From NCBI GenBank assembly GCA_947460175.1, contig CANHGW010000007.1, positions 15,302 through 79,301 on the forward strand: 64,000 bases of DNA. Reading direction: 5' to 3'. The notes beneath the pieces were generated by a model. That model was given only the letters and a program-made list of their open reading frames with translations, searched no databases and was not told the origin of the DNA. This DNA is from Bacteroidota bacterium. Lineage in GTDB: Bacteria; Bacteroidota; Bacteroidia; Chitinophagales; Chitinophagaceae. Shown here one piece after another: positions 1-10,211 of this stretch. The position numbers and the translations under genes are program-made. Within the stretch, counting starts at the first letter, position 1. Each line of letters starts with the position of its first letter.

Positions 1-923
1 AAATAGCCAATGGCAAAAAAGAATGGAGTAAAATGCTTGGGGAATTCTATACACCTTTTCATGAATTGGTGGAAACTACCATGGATACTGCTGAGCGTGC
101 CAGTGGTGAGCGTGATTTAGGCATTGATCCAGTAAGTGGCAAGCGAGTATTTGCTCGTATTGGCCGGTTTGGTCCTATGATACAAATAGGCAATACCGAA
201 GACGAAGAAAAACCTCGTTTTGCTCGACTAAGAAATACACAAAGCATCGAAACAATTACATTTGAAGAAGCGCTTGAACTTTTCAAGTTACCACTTACAT
301 TGGGTGAACACCAAGGATTGGAAGTGAGCGTCAATATTGGGCGATTTGGCCCCTATGTAAAACATGGTGAACAATTTATATCACTTGCAAAGGGTGAAGA
401 ACCTATGGATGTGACGTTGGACAGAGCTATTGAAGTAATTACATCTAAGCAAATAGAAGATGCTCCTATTGGACATTACGATGCCAAACCAATCACAAAA
501 GGGAAAGGACGCTTTGGTCCATTTATCAAATGGAACGACATGTTTATCAATATTCCTCGTGCGTATGATTTTGATACCATTACTGAAAAAGAATGCGAAG
601 AATTGATATTGAAGAAAATTGACAAGGAGGCGAATCGTTATATTCTCAATTTCCCTGAAGAAAAAATTTCTGTAGAAAATGGACGATGGGGACCTTTTAT
701 CAAATTCAATAAAAAAATGTTGAAACTGACACCTAAAACCGAAGGTGGTAAATACACAGCCGAAGAAGTTGCGGTATTTAGTTTAGATGAAATTAAGAAA
801 ATGATTGAAACTCAGGTACCTGATGCATTCACGAAGAAAACCAAGGCTGCACCTAAAAAAGCTGCTGCCAAAAAATCATCAGGAACTAAAACTGTAGCCA
901 AGAAAACTGCTAAAGCCAAGTAA
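1..923 (+). CDS. topA: DNA topoisomerase I, C-terminal part (5' end lies outside the window)
   Basis: The reading frame stays open to the window edge upstream of the listed ATG at 33. It has repeated GRFGPM/GRFGPY/GRFGPF/GRWGPF topoisomerase-I C-terminal repeat motifs and a Lys/Ala-rich basic tail. Confidence 0.8.
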   Translation, partial: IANGKKEWSKMLGEFYTPFHELVETTMDTAERASGERDLGIDPVSGKRVFARIGRFGPMIQIGNTEDEEKPRFARLRNTQSIETITFEEALELFKLPLTLGEHQGLEVSVNIGRFGPYVKHGEQFISLAKGEEPMDVTLDRAIEVITSKQIEDAPIGHYDAKPITKGKGRFGPFIKWNDMFINIPRAYDFDTITEKECEELILKKIDKEANRYILNFPEEKISVENGRWGPFIKFNKKMLKLTPKTEGGKYTAEEVAVFSLDEIKKMIETQVPDAFTKKTKAAPKKAAAKKSSGTKTVAKKTAKAK

Positions 924-946
924 CACCGCAGTGATGTAAAAAATAA

Positions 947-1225
947 ATGGAGGAAGAAAAAGAAAATAAAGCGTATGTGAGTTTTAGAGCATCGGTCGAT
1001 GTTGCTATGGGTGTTTTATATGTTTTCATTTCGGTTTATTGCATGCTATTACCAGCTATACTGGAACAATATGGTCGCAACTATGTATACATACTAGGAG
1101 GTTTGTTTTCATTCTATGGTATATTTCGATTTGTGAGAGGACTGTTAAAATTCAAAAAAGCATTTTTGAACAAACCCACGCGTAGAAGCTTTCCAAGGGA
1201 AGATTCATTATCAAATCAAAATTGA
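947..1225 (+). CDS. small hypothetical membrane protein
   Basis: 92-aa ORF with two hydrophobic helices, lying directly after topA. No recognisable family. Confidence 0.35.
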   Translation: MEEEKENKAYVSFRASVDVAMGVLYVFISVYCMLLPAILEQYGRNYVYILGGLFSFYGIFRFVRGLLKFKKAFLNKPTRRSFPREDSLSNQN

Positions 1226-1283
1226 GTAACTTTGCATGAAATAATCATCTAACAATCTACGTTATTTTTCAAACCTAAACTGT

Positions 1284-2192
1284 ATGAATTTCATCAAACA
1301 TCTTTTCTCAACCACAATCTTGATTAGCTTCCTTTCACTCACCTTCACTTCATGTGTAGAAGAAAAAGTATTAGACAACCAAACTTCAGGTAGCATTAAA
1401 ATCAGCATTGACGAAACCTATCGACCTGTCATGGAAGAGCAATTGAAAATATTCACAGCTCGATTCCCAGATGCTCACATCATTGCAGAATATAAGCCTG
1501 AAGCTGACTGCTTCAAAGATTTTTTTGAAGACACGACTCGGGTTATTTTTGTAACACGCGAACTCAGCGAACAAGAAAAACAATTTTGCCTCAACAAACA
1601 ATGGGTGACTAAAAGCATGGCCATGGCTCGCGATGCAGTAGTATTTATTACTTCTACAAAAAATGTAAATCCAGAATTTAAATTAACCAAATTGAGAGAA
1701 TACATGACGGGTATGGATTCAACCTATAAAATTGTATTTGACAACAAAAAGTCCAGTACGGTTCGATATATAACTGATTCGATGATAGCTGGTAAAACAC
1801 TTTCTACAAAAATATTTGCTACCAACACAAGCGAAGAAGTGATAGATTATGTATCTAAAAATGACAAAGCCATAGGTGTAATAGGTGTAAGTTGGGTAGC
1901 AGACCATAGCGATTCTACCACTGAAACATTTCTTAAAAAAGTGAACGTAGCAGGAATTTGGCCCGACAATGATTCAACCAATGCATTTGTAAAACCTTTT
2001 CAAGCCTATATAGGATTGAAAGAATACCCTTGCACTCGTAACTTCTATTTTATTTCCAAAGAATCTTGGCAAGGATTAGGTACAGGTTTAGTCAATTATC
2101 TTTGTCGTGATGGGCAAATCGTATTCAAACAAGCCAAAATGTTTCCACTTAGGGTAAATGTACTTTTACGCGACGCCAAAGTGAATCAATAA
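1284..2192 (+). CDS. PstS-like periplasmic substrate-binding lipoprotein
   Basis: Signal peptide with a lipobox-like Cys (LTFTSC). SGSIKIS and IGVIGVSW segments resemble type-2 phosphate-binding-protein folds. Confidence 0.45.
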   Translation: MNFIKHLFSTTILISFLSLTFTSCVEEKVLDNQTSGSIKISIDETYRPVMEEQLKIFTARFPDAHIIAEYKPEADCFKDFFEDTTRVIFVTRELSEQEKQFCLNKQWVTKSMAMARDAVVFITSTKNVNPEFKLTKLREYMTGMDSTYKIVFDNKKSSTVRYITDSMIAGKTLSTKIFATNTSEEVIDYVSKNDKAIGVIGVSWVADHSDSTTETFLKKVNVAGIWPDNDSTNAFVKPFQAYIGLKEYPCTRNFYFISKESWQGLGTGLVNYLCRDGQIVFKQAKMFPLRVNVLLRDAKVNQ

Positions 2193-2317
2193 TTATAAAG
2201 GAAACGTTAATTCAAGTATTAAAAACAACTATGTTGCTTGAATATAGTCAAATATGAAATATGTTTATACCCTCAAAAGTTAAAATAAAAAAACAACATA
2301 CAATTAAAGTCACAAAA

Positions 2318-3898
2318 ATGAAAAAAGTAATCAGTATCCATTTATTCTTCACACTACTATTGGTAGGGTTTACATCCCAAGCACAAACAATAGACGATGG
2401 TATTCAAATGGTGAAATACGAACGATTTGAAAGCGCAAAAAATATTTTAACCCCATTGGCTGCTACAGATGCTAAAGCCAATTATTATCTAGGTTTATGC
2501 GAATTGGCCAATGACAATACCATGGGAGCAAAAGCATTGTTTCAAAAATATCCAGATGATGCTGCAAACCTTGCAGGCATGGCTCGTGTTTTCTTCAATG
2601 AAAACAAAGCCCCAGAAGCCATGAGTATGCTTACCAAAGTAGCTAGTAAAGCTAAAAAGAAAGATTGGTCTCCATTTAAATATGCTGCAGATGCCATCAC
2701 TTATTCAGAAGGTGGAGATCCGAATGTAGCAATTGATTGGTATAAAAAAGCAATGGAAATAACTAAAAATGGTGATTTGTATATTGGATCTGGGGATGCT
2801 TATCGTAAAATACAAGGTGGCGGTGGTAATGCCATGACGAATTATGAATATGCAGAAGGCTATTCTGAAACTCAATCCCTTGCCAATCAAAAAATGGGTA
2901 ACCTTTGGTATGCAGCAAAAAACTACGATAGTGCGCTTGCCAAATATGCTCGTGCATCTCAATTAGATGTCAAAAATCCATTGCCTTTTAAAGCATTAGC
3001 AGATGCATACTATCGAATTGCGAAGTATAAAATCTCTAAAGAAAATATTGAGAAATATCTTGAATTATCAGATAAAACAACCGATGATCAAATTCAATAT
3101 GCTAATACACTTTATTTAGCAAAAGAGTATACGCCTGCTATTAATAAAATGACCGAATTAATCTCAAAAGGAATTGAGAAACCTTACATGTATCGTATCA
3201 TTGGTTATAGTCAATACGAAACAAAAGATTATACCAATGCCTTAATGAATATGGACAAATTCTTTGCCAAACAAGATCCTAAAAAAGTAATCCCTTCTGA
3301 TTACACATATTATGGTAAAATCCTTTTGACAGATACATCCAAGGCTTCACAAGCAAGTTCATACTTCCAAAAAGGAATCGATATGGATACAACCAAAGAC
3401 AAAGCACCTCTTCATCGTGAAATAGCTGAATCATTCAAAGACGCTCAAAAATATGCAACAGCAGCTGAGTGGTACAAAAAAACCTTGAATTTGAATACAG
3501 CTAGCGTAGAACCGCTTGATTATTGGTGGAGTGGCGTTATGTATTTTTATGCAAAAGATTATACAAACGCAGAGCCTATGCTGAAAACAATGAGTGAAAA
3601 ATATCCAAATGAGCCATCTAGTTATTACTGGCTTGGTAGAGTGATCACTTCTTCTAAAGACAAAGAATACAAAAACGGCATGGCTACAAATTACTTTACA
3701 CAATGGCTAGGTATGGTAAAAGCCGATGATCCTGCCAAAAAGAATGACCTTATCAAAGCATATACCTACCTTGCTATGGTGGCATATAATAACTCTAAAA
3801 AGGATGAAGCTATTCAGTTTTCAAACAAATTAACAACGCTTGACCCAAATGACAACACTGCCAAACAAATCATGAAGGCTGTTGGCACCATGAAATAA
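2318..3898 (+). CDS. secreted tetratricopeptide-repeat protein
   Basis: An internal ATG at 2318 gives the signal peptide MKKVISIHLFFTLLLVGFTSQAQ. The protein has many A/Y/W-rich 34-aa-like repeats (YYLGL, WYKKA, AEWYKK). Confidence 0.65.
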   Translation: MKKVISIHLFFTLLLVGFTSQAQTIDDGIQMVKYERFESAKNILTPLAATDAKANYYLGLCELANDNTMGAKALFQKYPDDAANLAGMARVFFNENKAPEAMSMLTKVASKAKKKDWSPFKYAADAITYSEGGDPNVAIDWYKKAMEITKNGDLYIGSGDAYRKIQGGGGNAMTNYEYAEGYSETQSLANQKMGNLWYAAKNYDSALAKYARASQLDVKNPLPFKALADAYYRIAKYKISKENIEKYLELSDKTTDDQIQYANTLYLAKEYTPAINKMTELISKGIEKPYMYRIIGYSQYETKDYTNALMNMDKFFAKQDPKKVIPSDYTYYGKILLTDTSKASQASSYFQKGIDMDTTKDKAPLHREIAESFKDAQKYATAAEWYKKTLNLNTASVEPLDYWWSGVMYFYAKDYTNAEPMLKTMSEKYPNEPSSYYWLGRVITSSKDKEYKNGMATNYFTQWLGMVKADDPAKKNDLIKAYTYLAMVAYNNSKKDEAIQFSNKLTTLDPNDNTAKQIMKAVGTMK

Positions 3899-3914
3899 AC
3901 AAGATAATTTTATC

Positions 3915-3943
3915 AAAAACGCCTAGAAATAGGCGTTTTTTTT
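3915..3943 (+). terminator. rho-independent terminator
   Basis: ACGCCTA-gaaa-TAGGCGT hairpin followed by a T-run. Confidence 0.8.
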
Positions 3944-4012
3944 GTTTACAAGAATTATTTCCACATTTGTGCCGAATTAACTTAAACTAACAAAAGAATG
4001 AAATTTCTTTTT

Positions 4013-4020
4013 TACCTTTG
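4013..4020 (+). promoter_or_regulatory. candidate Bacteroidota -7 promoter box for atpG
   Basis: TACCTTTG matches TAnnTTTG, lies 22 nt upstream of the atpG ATG and sits downstream of a terminator. Confidence 0.35.
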
Positions 4021-4042
4021 CGCCCAATATTAAACATTCCCA

Positions 4043-4921
4043 ATGTCAGGACAATTAAAAGAAGTAAGACTTAGAATAAAATCTGTAGGTACAACTCAAC
4101 AGATAACGAAAGCTATGAAAATGGTGAGTGCTGCCAAATTGCGACGTGCACAAGATGCAATCACTCAAATGCGCCCTTATGCAGAAAAACTTCAAGAAAT
4201 GCTTAGTAACATTATTGGTAGTGTTGATGGCAATATCGGTGGCGGACTAAATGTAGAACGTCCAATTGAAAAAGTATTAATCATAGTAGTTACAAGTGAT
4301 CGTGGATTATGTGGTGCATTCAACTCTAATTCTATCAAATTGGCAAAGAATGTGATTAACGAAAAGTACAAAACACAATACGAAAAAGGAAATGTAAGTA
4401 TACTTCCTCTTGGAAAAAAAGGTTGGGAAAATTTTGTACGCAATGGCTATCCGGTGATAGACCAATTTTGGACTATTTTTAGCGACTTGAATTTTGACAA
4501 TGTAAAAGTTGCAGCTGAATATGTACGCAAAGCATTTATCAATAAAGAATTTGACAGAGTAGATTTAATATACAGCAAATTCCGCAATGCAGCTACGCAA
4601 GAATTTGTATGCGAACAGCATTTGCCAATCGCCAAATCAAAAGCACAAACTCAAAGTAACAATGACTTTATTTTTGAACCTTCAAAAGAAGTATTGATAC
4701 AAGAATTAATGCCAAAGATATTAAATACTCAAATTTTTAAAGGGATATTGGATAGCAATGCATCTGAACATGGTGCTAGAATGACTGCAATGGACAAAGC
4801 AACCGAGAATGCTGAAGAAATGCTACGCTCGCTACGTATATCATACAACAGAGCACGTCAAGCTGCAATTACAACTGAGTTGACCGAGATTGTAAGTGGT
4901 GCTGCCGCATTAGAAGGGTAA
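4043..4921 (+). CDS. atpG: F0F1 ATP synthase gamma subunit
   Basis: N-terminus LKEVRLRIKSVGTTQQITKAMKMVSAAKLRRAQ and C-terminus ITTELTEIVSGAAAL are the conserved gamma-subunit ends. Confidence 0.9.
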   Translation: MSGQLKEVRLRIKSVGTTQQITKAMKMVSAAKLRRAQDAITQMRPYAEKLQEMLSNIIGSVDGNIGGGLNVERPIEKVLIIVVTSDRGLCGAFNSNSIKLAKNVINEKYKTQYEKGNVSILPLGKKGWENFVRNGYPVIDQFWTIFSDLNFDNVKVAAEYVRKAFINKEFDRVDLIYSKFRNAATQEFVCEQHLPIAKSKAQTQSNNDFIFEPSKEVLIQELMPKILNTQIFKGILDSNASEHGARMTAMDKATENAEEMLRSLRISYNRARQAAITTELTEIVSGAAALEG

Positions 4922-4946
4922 TTTATTTTAATAAACCATTTATAAT

Positions 4947-4975
4947 AACACTGTTTTAGGGCAGTGTTTTTTTTT
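4947..4975 (+). terminator. rho-independent terminator
   Basis: AACACTG-loop-CAGTGTT hairpin followed by a long T-run. Confidence 0.75.
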
Positions 4976-4991
4976 ATAATTTCAACACTAA

Positions 4992-5468
4992 ATGATTATA
5001 AGACCTATTCAACCATCAGATAACATTGCTCTTGCTAAAATAATTCGTGAATCTATAGAATCACTTGGATTACCTACTGAAGGCACCGCACACTCAGACC
5101 CAAGTACCGATGATTTATTCAAGCTATTTAAATGTGAAAAATCCTATTATTGGGTTTTAGAAATTGACCAAGAAGTAGTTGGTGGTTGTGGCATATACCC
5201 TACCAATGGTTTACCAAATGGATGTTGTGAGTTAGTTCGATTTTTTCTGAAAGAAAAAGTAAGAGGGAAGGGATATGGGAAAATATTAATGCAAAAATCA
5301 GAAGAAACTGCAATTCAATTTGGATTCAAGTTAATCTACTTAGAGTCTTTTCCTGATATGAAAGCTGCTATCGCTTTGTATGAAAAATATGCTTACCAAT
5401 ATTTATCAAATTCCTTAGGGAATACTGGTCATCATGCTTGCAATGTATGGATGCTGAAAACGCTCTAA
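4992..5468 (+). CDS. GNAT family N-acetyltransferase
   Basis: 158 aa with an acetyl-CoA binding motif (RGKGYGKILM). Confidence 0.75.
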   Translation: MIIRPIQPSDNIALAKIIRESIESLGLPTEGTAHSDPSTDDLFKLFKCEKSYYWVLEIDQEVVGGCGIYPTNGLPNGCCELVRFFLKEKVRGKGYGKILMQKSEETAIQFGFKLIYLESFPDMKAAIALYEKYAYQYLSNSLGNTGHHACNVWMLKTL

Positions 5469-6101
5469 TTACTTATTAAATTTCAATAGCATAGTAGATT
5501 CTTGCTCTCCCCAAGATGGCATTAACTCATCGGCATTTTGGAAATTATAAAATAGAGAAATCATTTTTTCAATAGAATTAATTTCATTAGCATCAATATT
5601 AAATTGTACTTCTTCTGGCTTTGACTGATTCAATAAGGTTTTACAAAAAATATATCTTGGATTTTCAGGATTTCGAATTCCAGCCAATTCTAACTGCTGG
5701 GTAATTTCATTCCCATATAAATTATAGCCGTCACTAATTCGTTTCATTTTTAAAATAAGATGAAAGGCTTTTAAAATAAAAACCTCCTCATTGTCATCTG
5801 TGTCCTTAAATTTCAAAATACACTTTTCTGCTTGTGATAAATAATTATCTATATCTTCTTTATTAGGTGTAAAAACGGATGATTTGAGTCTCGAGTATAC
5901 AGTGTAGTAAGTATACAACCAATTTGATGGATTTGACTGACTTAATTTATCAAATGTAACAGTTAATGTTCTCAAATCATCTTGACTCCTCAACGTATTC
6001 AAAGCTCTTATAGATTCTTTTAACAGTTGGTTGTCCTTTTCATTTTGTCCATAACAAATTGAGCTTATAATTAAAAAAAATATACTTATTCCAATCTTCA
6101 T
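5469..6101 (-). CDS. secreted hypothetical protein
   Basis: An internal Met gives the signal peptide MKIGISIFFLIISSICYGQ. Predicted helical protein with no recognised family. Confidence 0.4.
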   Translation of the reverse strand: MKIGISIFFLIISSICYGQNEKDNQLLKESIRALNTLRSQDDLRTLTVTFDKLSQSNPSNWLYTYYTVYSRLKSSVFTPNKEDIDNYLSQAEKCILKFKDTDDNEEVFILKAFHLILKMKRISDGYNLYGNEITQQLELAGIRNPENPRYIFCKTLLNQSKPEEVQFNIDANEINSIEKMISLFYNFQNADELMPSWGEQESTMLLKFNK

Positions 6102-6222
6102 TTTAAAACTTATTAGAATACAAATATAGTTGAAAAAAAATATTTCATTTGTTAAAAACAGCAAGAACAAAACCAATTTTCTTTTCTAGATTTAACTATT
6201 TTTAGAATGTACTTTTGTACAA

Positions 6223-7137
6223 ATGAAACCTGCAATCTTAGTTATTTATTATAGTCAAACTGGTCAATTAAAGAATCTGTTAGATAGTATATTAGCACCC
6301 ATTCAAGCACAAGCTGATATTGATATTGTTGCCATTGAACCCACTAGAAAATTCCCCTTCCCTTGGACCAATAATGCTTTCTTTGATTGTATGCCTGAAT
6401 GCGTATTACAGATACCAGAGGAAATCAATAAAATGCATATTCCTGAAAAAAAATATGATCTAGTCATTTTAGGCTATCAACCATGGTTTTTATCTCCTTC
6501 TATACCTATAACTAGTTTTTTGGAAAGTAACTATGCACACATATTGAAAAAATCGAACGTAATAACAGTGATAGGCTCGAGAAATATGTGGCTCAATGCA
6601 CAAGAAAAAATAAAAGAAAAATTAAAATCATTCGATGCTCATCTTATCGGGAATATCGTATTCAGAGATAAAAATCCAAATCTTACCTCTATACTTACAG
6701 TCATTAGGTGGTCATTTAAAGGTAAAAAAGAAGCAGGTAAATTTCTTCCAGAAGCAGGTATAAGTCAACTTGATATTCAAGATGCTTCTAAATTCGGACC
6801 TATAATACTTTCAAATTTGACAGAGACACAACATCTTCACAATCATTTACTACATAATGGAAGTGTGTTTCTCAATCCAGCATTAATAATTCTTGAAAAA
6901 AGGGGTATTGCCAATTTCAGAAAATTCGCTTCTTATATTCGAGAAAAAGGAGAAAGAGGTAATCCAAACCGATTATCAAGAGTAAAATTATTTAATCGTT
7001 TGTTATTGGTAGGTGTATTTCTCCTTTCCCCGATTAGTACTATTACAGCCAAACTGAGTGTACTTTTCAACAAAAAAACCATCGAAAAGGAAGTAAGCTA
7101 TTTTAAAAGTATAGGATATAAGCAAAATGCTATTTAA
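6223..7137 (+). CDS. darA: dialkylresorcinol condensing enzyme DarA-like protein
   Basis: Flavodoxin-like N-terminus (ILVIYYSQTGQL), about 300 aa, immediately followed by a KAS-III-like gene. This is the conserved darA-darB pairing. Confidence 0.6.
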   Translation: MKPAILVIYYSQTGQLKNLLDSILAPIQAQADIDIVAIEPTRKFPFPWTNNAFFDCMPECVLQIPEEINKMHIPEKKYDLVILGYQPWFLSPSIPITSFLESNYAHILKKSNVITVIGSRNMWLNAQEKIKEKLKSFDAHLIGNIVFRDKNPNLTSILTVIRWSFKGKKEAGKFLPEAGISQLDIQDASKFGPIILSNLTETQHLHNHLLHNGSVFLNPALIILEKRGIANFRKFASYIREKGERGNPNRLSRVKLFNRLLLVGVFLLSPISTITAKLSVLFNKKTIEKEVSYFKSIGYKQNAI

Positions 7138-7191
7138 GTAATTCGTTTTTTAATGTGAACTTTGTTAAATTGCGCTCAAATTAAGCCATTG

Positions 7192-8331
7192 ATGAGTGAA
7201 GTTTATATAACAAGGTTGGCAAAGTTTTTACCGAATGATCCCATTAGTAATGATCAAATGGAGGATTATTTAGGAAAAATTGATGGGCGTCCTTCGAAAG
7301 CAAAAGGAATTGTATTACGTAATAATCAAATCAAAACTCGATATTATGCAATAGATAAAAATACTGGCAAAAGCACACATACCAACTATCAATTGGCAGC
7401 TCTTGCTATAGAAGGTTTGCTAGATGAAAATTTCTCGAAAAATGACATTGAATTAATCGCATGCGGATGTGTTGCTCCTGACCAATTGTTACCAAGTCAT
7501 GCTGCGATGGTACATGGTGAACTCAATTGCAAACCTGTCGAAATTGTATCAATTAGCACTGCATGTTGCGCTGGGTTACAAGCATTTAAATATGCATACA
7601 TGAGTGTCAAAAGCGGCAATAGTAACAATGCCATAGCTTCTGGTTCTGAAAAAGTATCTGGGTGGCTCAAATCAGATAAATTTGATGAAGAAGCCGAAGA
7701 TCATAAAATATTAGAAACGAATCCTATCATAGCATTTGAAAAAGACTTTCTTCGTTGGATGTTGAGTGATGGATCAGGTGCTGCCTTACTTGAAAACAAA
7801 CCTAACGAACAAGGTGTTTCATTAAGAGTAGATTGGATTGATATCTTATCATTTGCAAACGAAATAGAAGCTTGCATGTATGCAGGTTGTGAAAAAAATG
7901 AAGATGGATCGCTTACAGGATGGGCCGAATTGACTCCTCATGATTGGGCTACTAAAAGTACATTTGCATTTAAACAGGATACTCGATTGCTTGGAGAAAA
8001 TATAGTTCGACTTGGCGGAGTCATGTGGAAAGATATCTGCATTAAACGAAACATTGATACAAATCAAATTACTTATTTCCTTCCTCACCTATCATCTGAA
8101 TTTTTCAGACCTAGAATTATGGAGGAATTAGCTAAAGTTGGATTTAATATTCCTGCAGAAAAGTGGTTTACTAATTTATCTAGAGTAGGAAACATTGGCT
8201 GTGCATCACCTTACTTAATGCTTGAAGAATTGTTCAACGAAAATAAAATCAAGAAAGGCGATGTAATTGTACTGATGGTACCTGAAAGTGCCCGCTTTAG
8301 TTATGGTTATATGCAGTTAACAGCTGTATAG
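7192..8331 (+). CDS. darB: beta-ketoacyl-ACP synthase III family protein (DarB-like)
   Basis: KAS III catalytic Cys context (ISTACCAGLQA), His (LPHLSS) and Asn (VGNIGCAS). An ATG at 7192 is preferred over the upstream TTG. Confidence 0.7.
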   Translation: MSEVYITRLAKFLPNDPISNDQMEDYLGKIDGRPSKAKGIVLRNNQIKTRYYAIDKNTGKSTHTNYQLAALAIEGLLDENFSKNDIELIACGCVAPDQLLPSHAAMVHGELNCKPVEIVSISTACCAGLQAFKYAYMSVKSGNSNNAIASGSEKVSGWLKSDKFDEEAEDHKILETNPIIAFEKDFLRWMLSDGSGAALLENKPNEQGVSLRVDWIDILSFANEIEACMYAGCEKNEDGSLTGWAELTPHDWATKSTFAFKQDTRLLGENIVRLGGVMWKDICIKRNIDTNQITYFLPHLSSEFFRPRIMEELAKVGFNIPAEKWFTNLSRVGNIGCASPYLMLEELFNENKIKKGDVIVLMVPESARFSYGYMQLTAV

Positions 8332-8332
8332 A

Positions 8333-10162
8333 TTAAGCTTCAAATTGCATTCGACTTAACTTTTGATAAAATCCATCTTCGAGGTTTATCAATTCTTGGT
8401 GTGTACCCATTTCTTTTATTTCACCTTTTTGTAACACTACAATTTTGTCAGCATTTTTGATAGTAGCAAATCGATGAGCAATCACTATACTCGTTCGACC
8501 TATCATTAATTGATCGAGTGCATCTTGTACTAGCTTTTCACTTTCGCTATCCAAGCTACTTGTAGCTTCATCTAATATCAATATCATTGGATCTTTTAAT
8601 ACAGCCCGTGCAATGGCAATTCGTTGACGCTGACCACCTGAAAGTTGAATTCCTCGTTCACCTACGAGCGTATTCATTTGCTCAGGAAATGACTGTATAA
8701 AATCAAGTGCATTCGCTTTTTTGGCAGCAGCAATAATCTCATCATCACTTGCATTGGGTTTTCCATAAGCAATATTTTCTTTGATAGTACCTGCAAACAA
8801 TAAAACCTCTTGAGGTACTAAGGCAATCTTTTCTCTCAACGTTGTCAACGGAATATTACGAGCATCAATGCCTCCTACTAAAATTTGTCCTTTTTGAATA
8901 TCATAAAACCTTAGTATTAATGATGCGATGGTAGTTTTGCCCGATCCACTTGAACCTACAAGAGCTACTGTTTCTCCACTATTAATTTTAAACGAAACCG
9001 ATTTCAATACATCATAATCTGCACGAGTAGGATAATTAAAAGATACATGAGAAAATTCAATACTACCATCTTGCAATTCATCATGTAGTGAATTAGAATT
9101 ATGTTGATTCAATAGTTCTATATCGCCATCTATTAATTCAAATACCCTGTCTGTTGCACCCAATGCACGTTGAATAGAAGCAATTTGCTCGGGCAAGCCT
9201 CCTAATGAGCCTGCTACAAATAAAGATAGCATCATAAAGCGTCCAAATTCTTCAGCAGAAATATTACCTGTTGTTTTGAGTAATAACATTTTCCATAATA
9301 TAAAAAAAACAGACCCGAAAACACATGTAATTACAAAAGAAAAAAATGAACCACGTATGATTCCATATCTGATTCCAAATAATTTAATTTCTATGACTTT
9401 CGCATTGTAACGATTCATTTCATAATGTTCGTTGGTAAACGATTTTACATTGCTAATGCCTGCCAAAGACTCTCCGACTATTACATTTGCATCGGCTATT
9501 TTATCTTGAAAATTTTTAGAAAACCCTCTTATTTTTTTTGCAAATAATAATGCTATAACTATAATAGGTGGAATAATAATTAAAAACCATTTTGCAATAT
9601 CCCATGATGTATAATACATCATCAAACACAAGCCTCCAATACCTACAATACTTTGGCGAATCAATTCAGCGATATTCAACGTAAAAGCCTCTGAAATAAC
9701 ATTAATATCTGTAGCTAAGCGACTACTCAATTCTGCTACTTGATGTTGCGAAAAAAACAACATTGGTTTCTGAATTATCTTACTAAAAGCATCTCGACGA
9801 AGCCCGCTCAATAAATTTTCGGTGACTTGTGTAAACATATAAACACGACCAAATGAAAAGAATCCTTGAATCAATAAAATGACCAATAAAACCCCTCCTA
9901 AATTATAGAGGTCTTTAATCATCTCGGCTTGTGGCTTATTACTTTCACCAAAATAGCCAAACATGGTACCACTCTTTAAAGGGAAAAGCAACCCAACACC
10001 AGCTGTTGCAATTAAAAAAAACATACCAAGTGCAAACTGCCATTTGTAGCTGCCCAAATATGAAAACAATCGAAAAGAGCGTTTAAGATTTGCCCAGGAT
10101 AATTTTACTTTTGGCAATTCATCTACTTCATCATGTTGCCCTCTATTCCCTCTACGTGCCAT
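8333..10162 (-). CDS. ABC transporter permease/ATP-binding protein (MsbA-type exporter)
   Basis: Six-helix TM domain, Walker A GSSGSGKTT, signature LSGGQRQRIAIARA and Walker B ILILDEATS. Confidence 0.9.
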   Translation of the reverse strand: MARRGNRGQHDEVDELPKVKLSWANLKRSFRLFSYLGSYKWQFALGMFFLIATAGVGLLFPLKSGTMFGYFGESNKPQAEMIKDLYNLGGVLLVILLIQGFFSFGRVYMFTQVTENLLSGLRRDAFSKIIQKPMLFFSQHQVAELSSRLATDINVISEAFTLNIAELIRQSIVGIGGLCLMMYYTSWDIAKWFLIIIPPIIVIALLFAKKIRGFSKNFQDKIADANVIVGESLAGISNVKSFTNEHYEMNRYNAKVIEIKLFGIRYGIIRGSFFSFVITCVFGSVFFILWKMLLLKTTGNISAEEFGRFMMLSLFVAGSLGGLPEQIASIQRALGATDRVFELIDGDIELLNQHNSNSLHDELQDGSIEFSHVSFNYPTRADYDVLKSVSFKINSGETVALVGSSGSGKTTIASLILRFYDIQKGQILVGGIDARNIPLTTLREKIALVPQEVLLFAGTIKENIAYGKPNASDDEIIAAAKKANALDFIQSFPEQMNTLVGERGIQLSGGQRQRIAIARAVLKDPMILILDEATSSLDSESEKLVQDALDQLMIGRTSIVIAHRFATIKNADKIVVLQKGEIKEMGTHQELINLEDGFYQKLSRMQFEA

Positions 10163-10211
10163 ATAATCTAATTAGAAACGCAAAGATATGTAAAATAGTT
10201 ATTTCAATATT

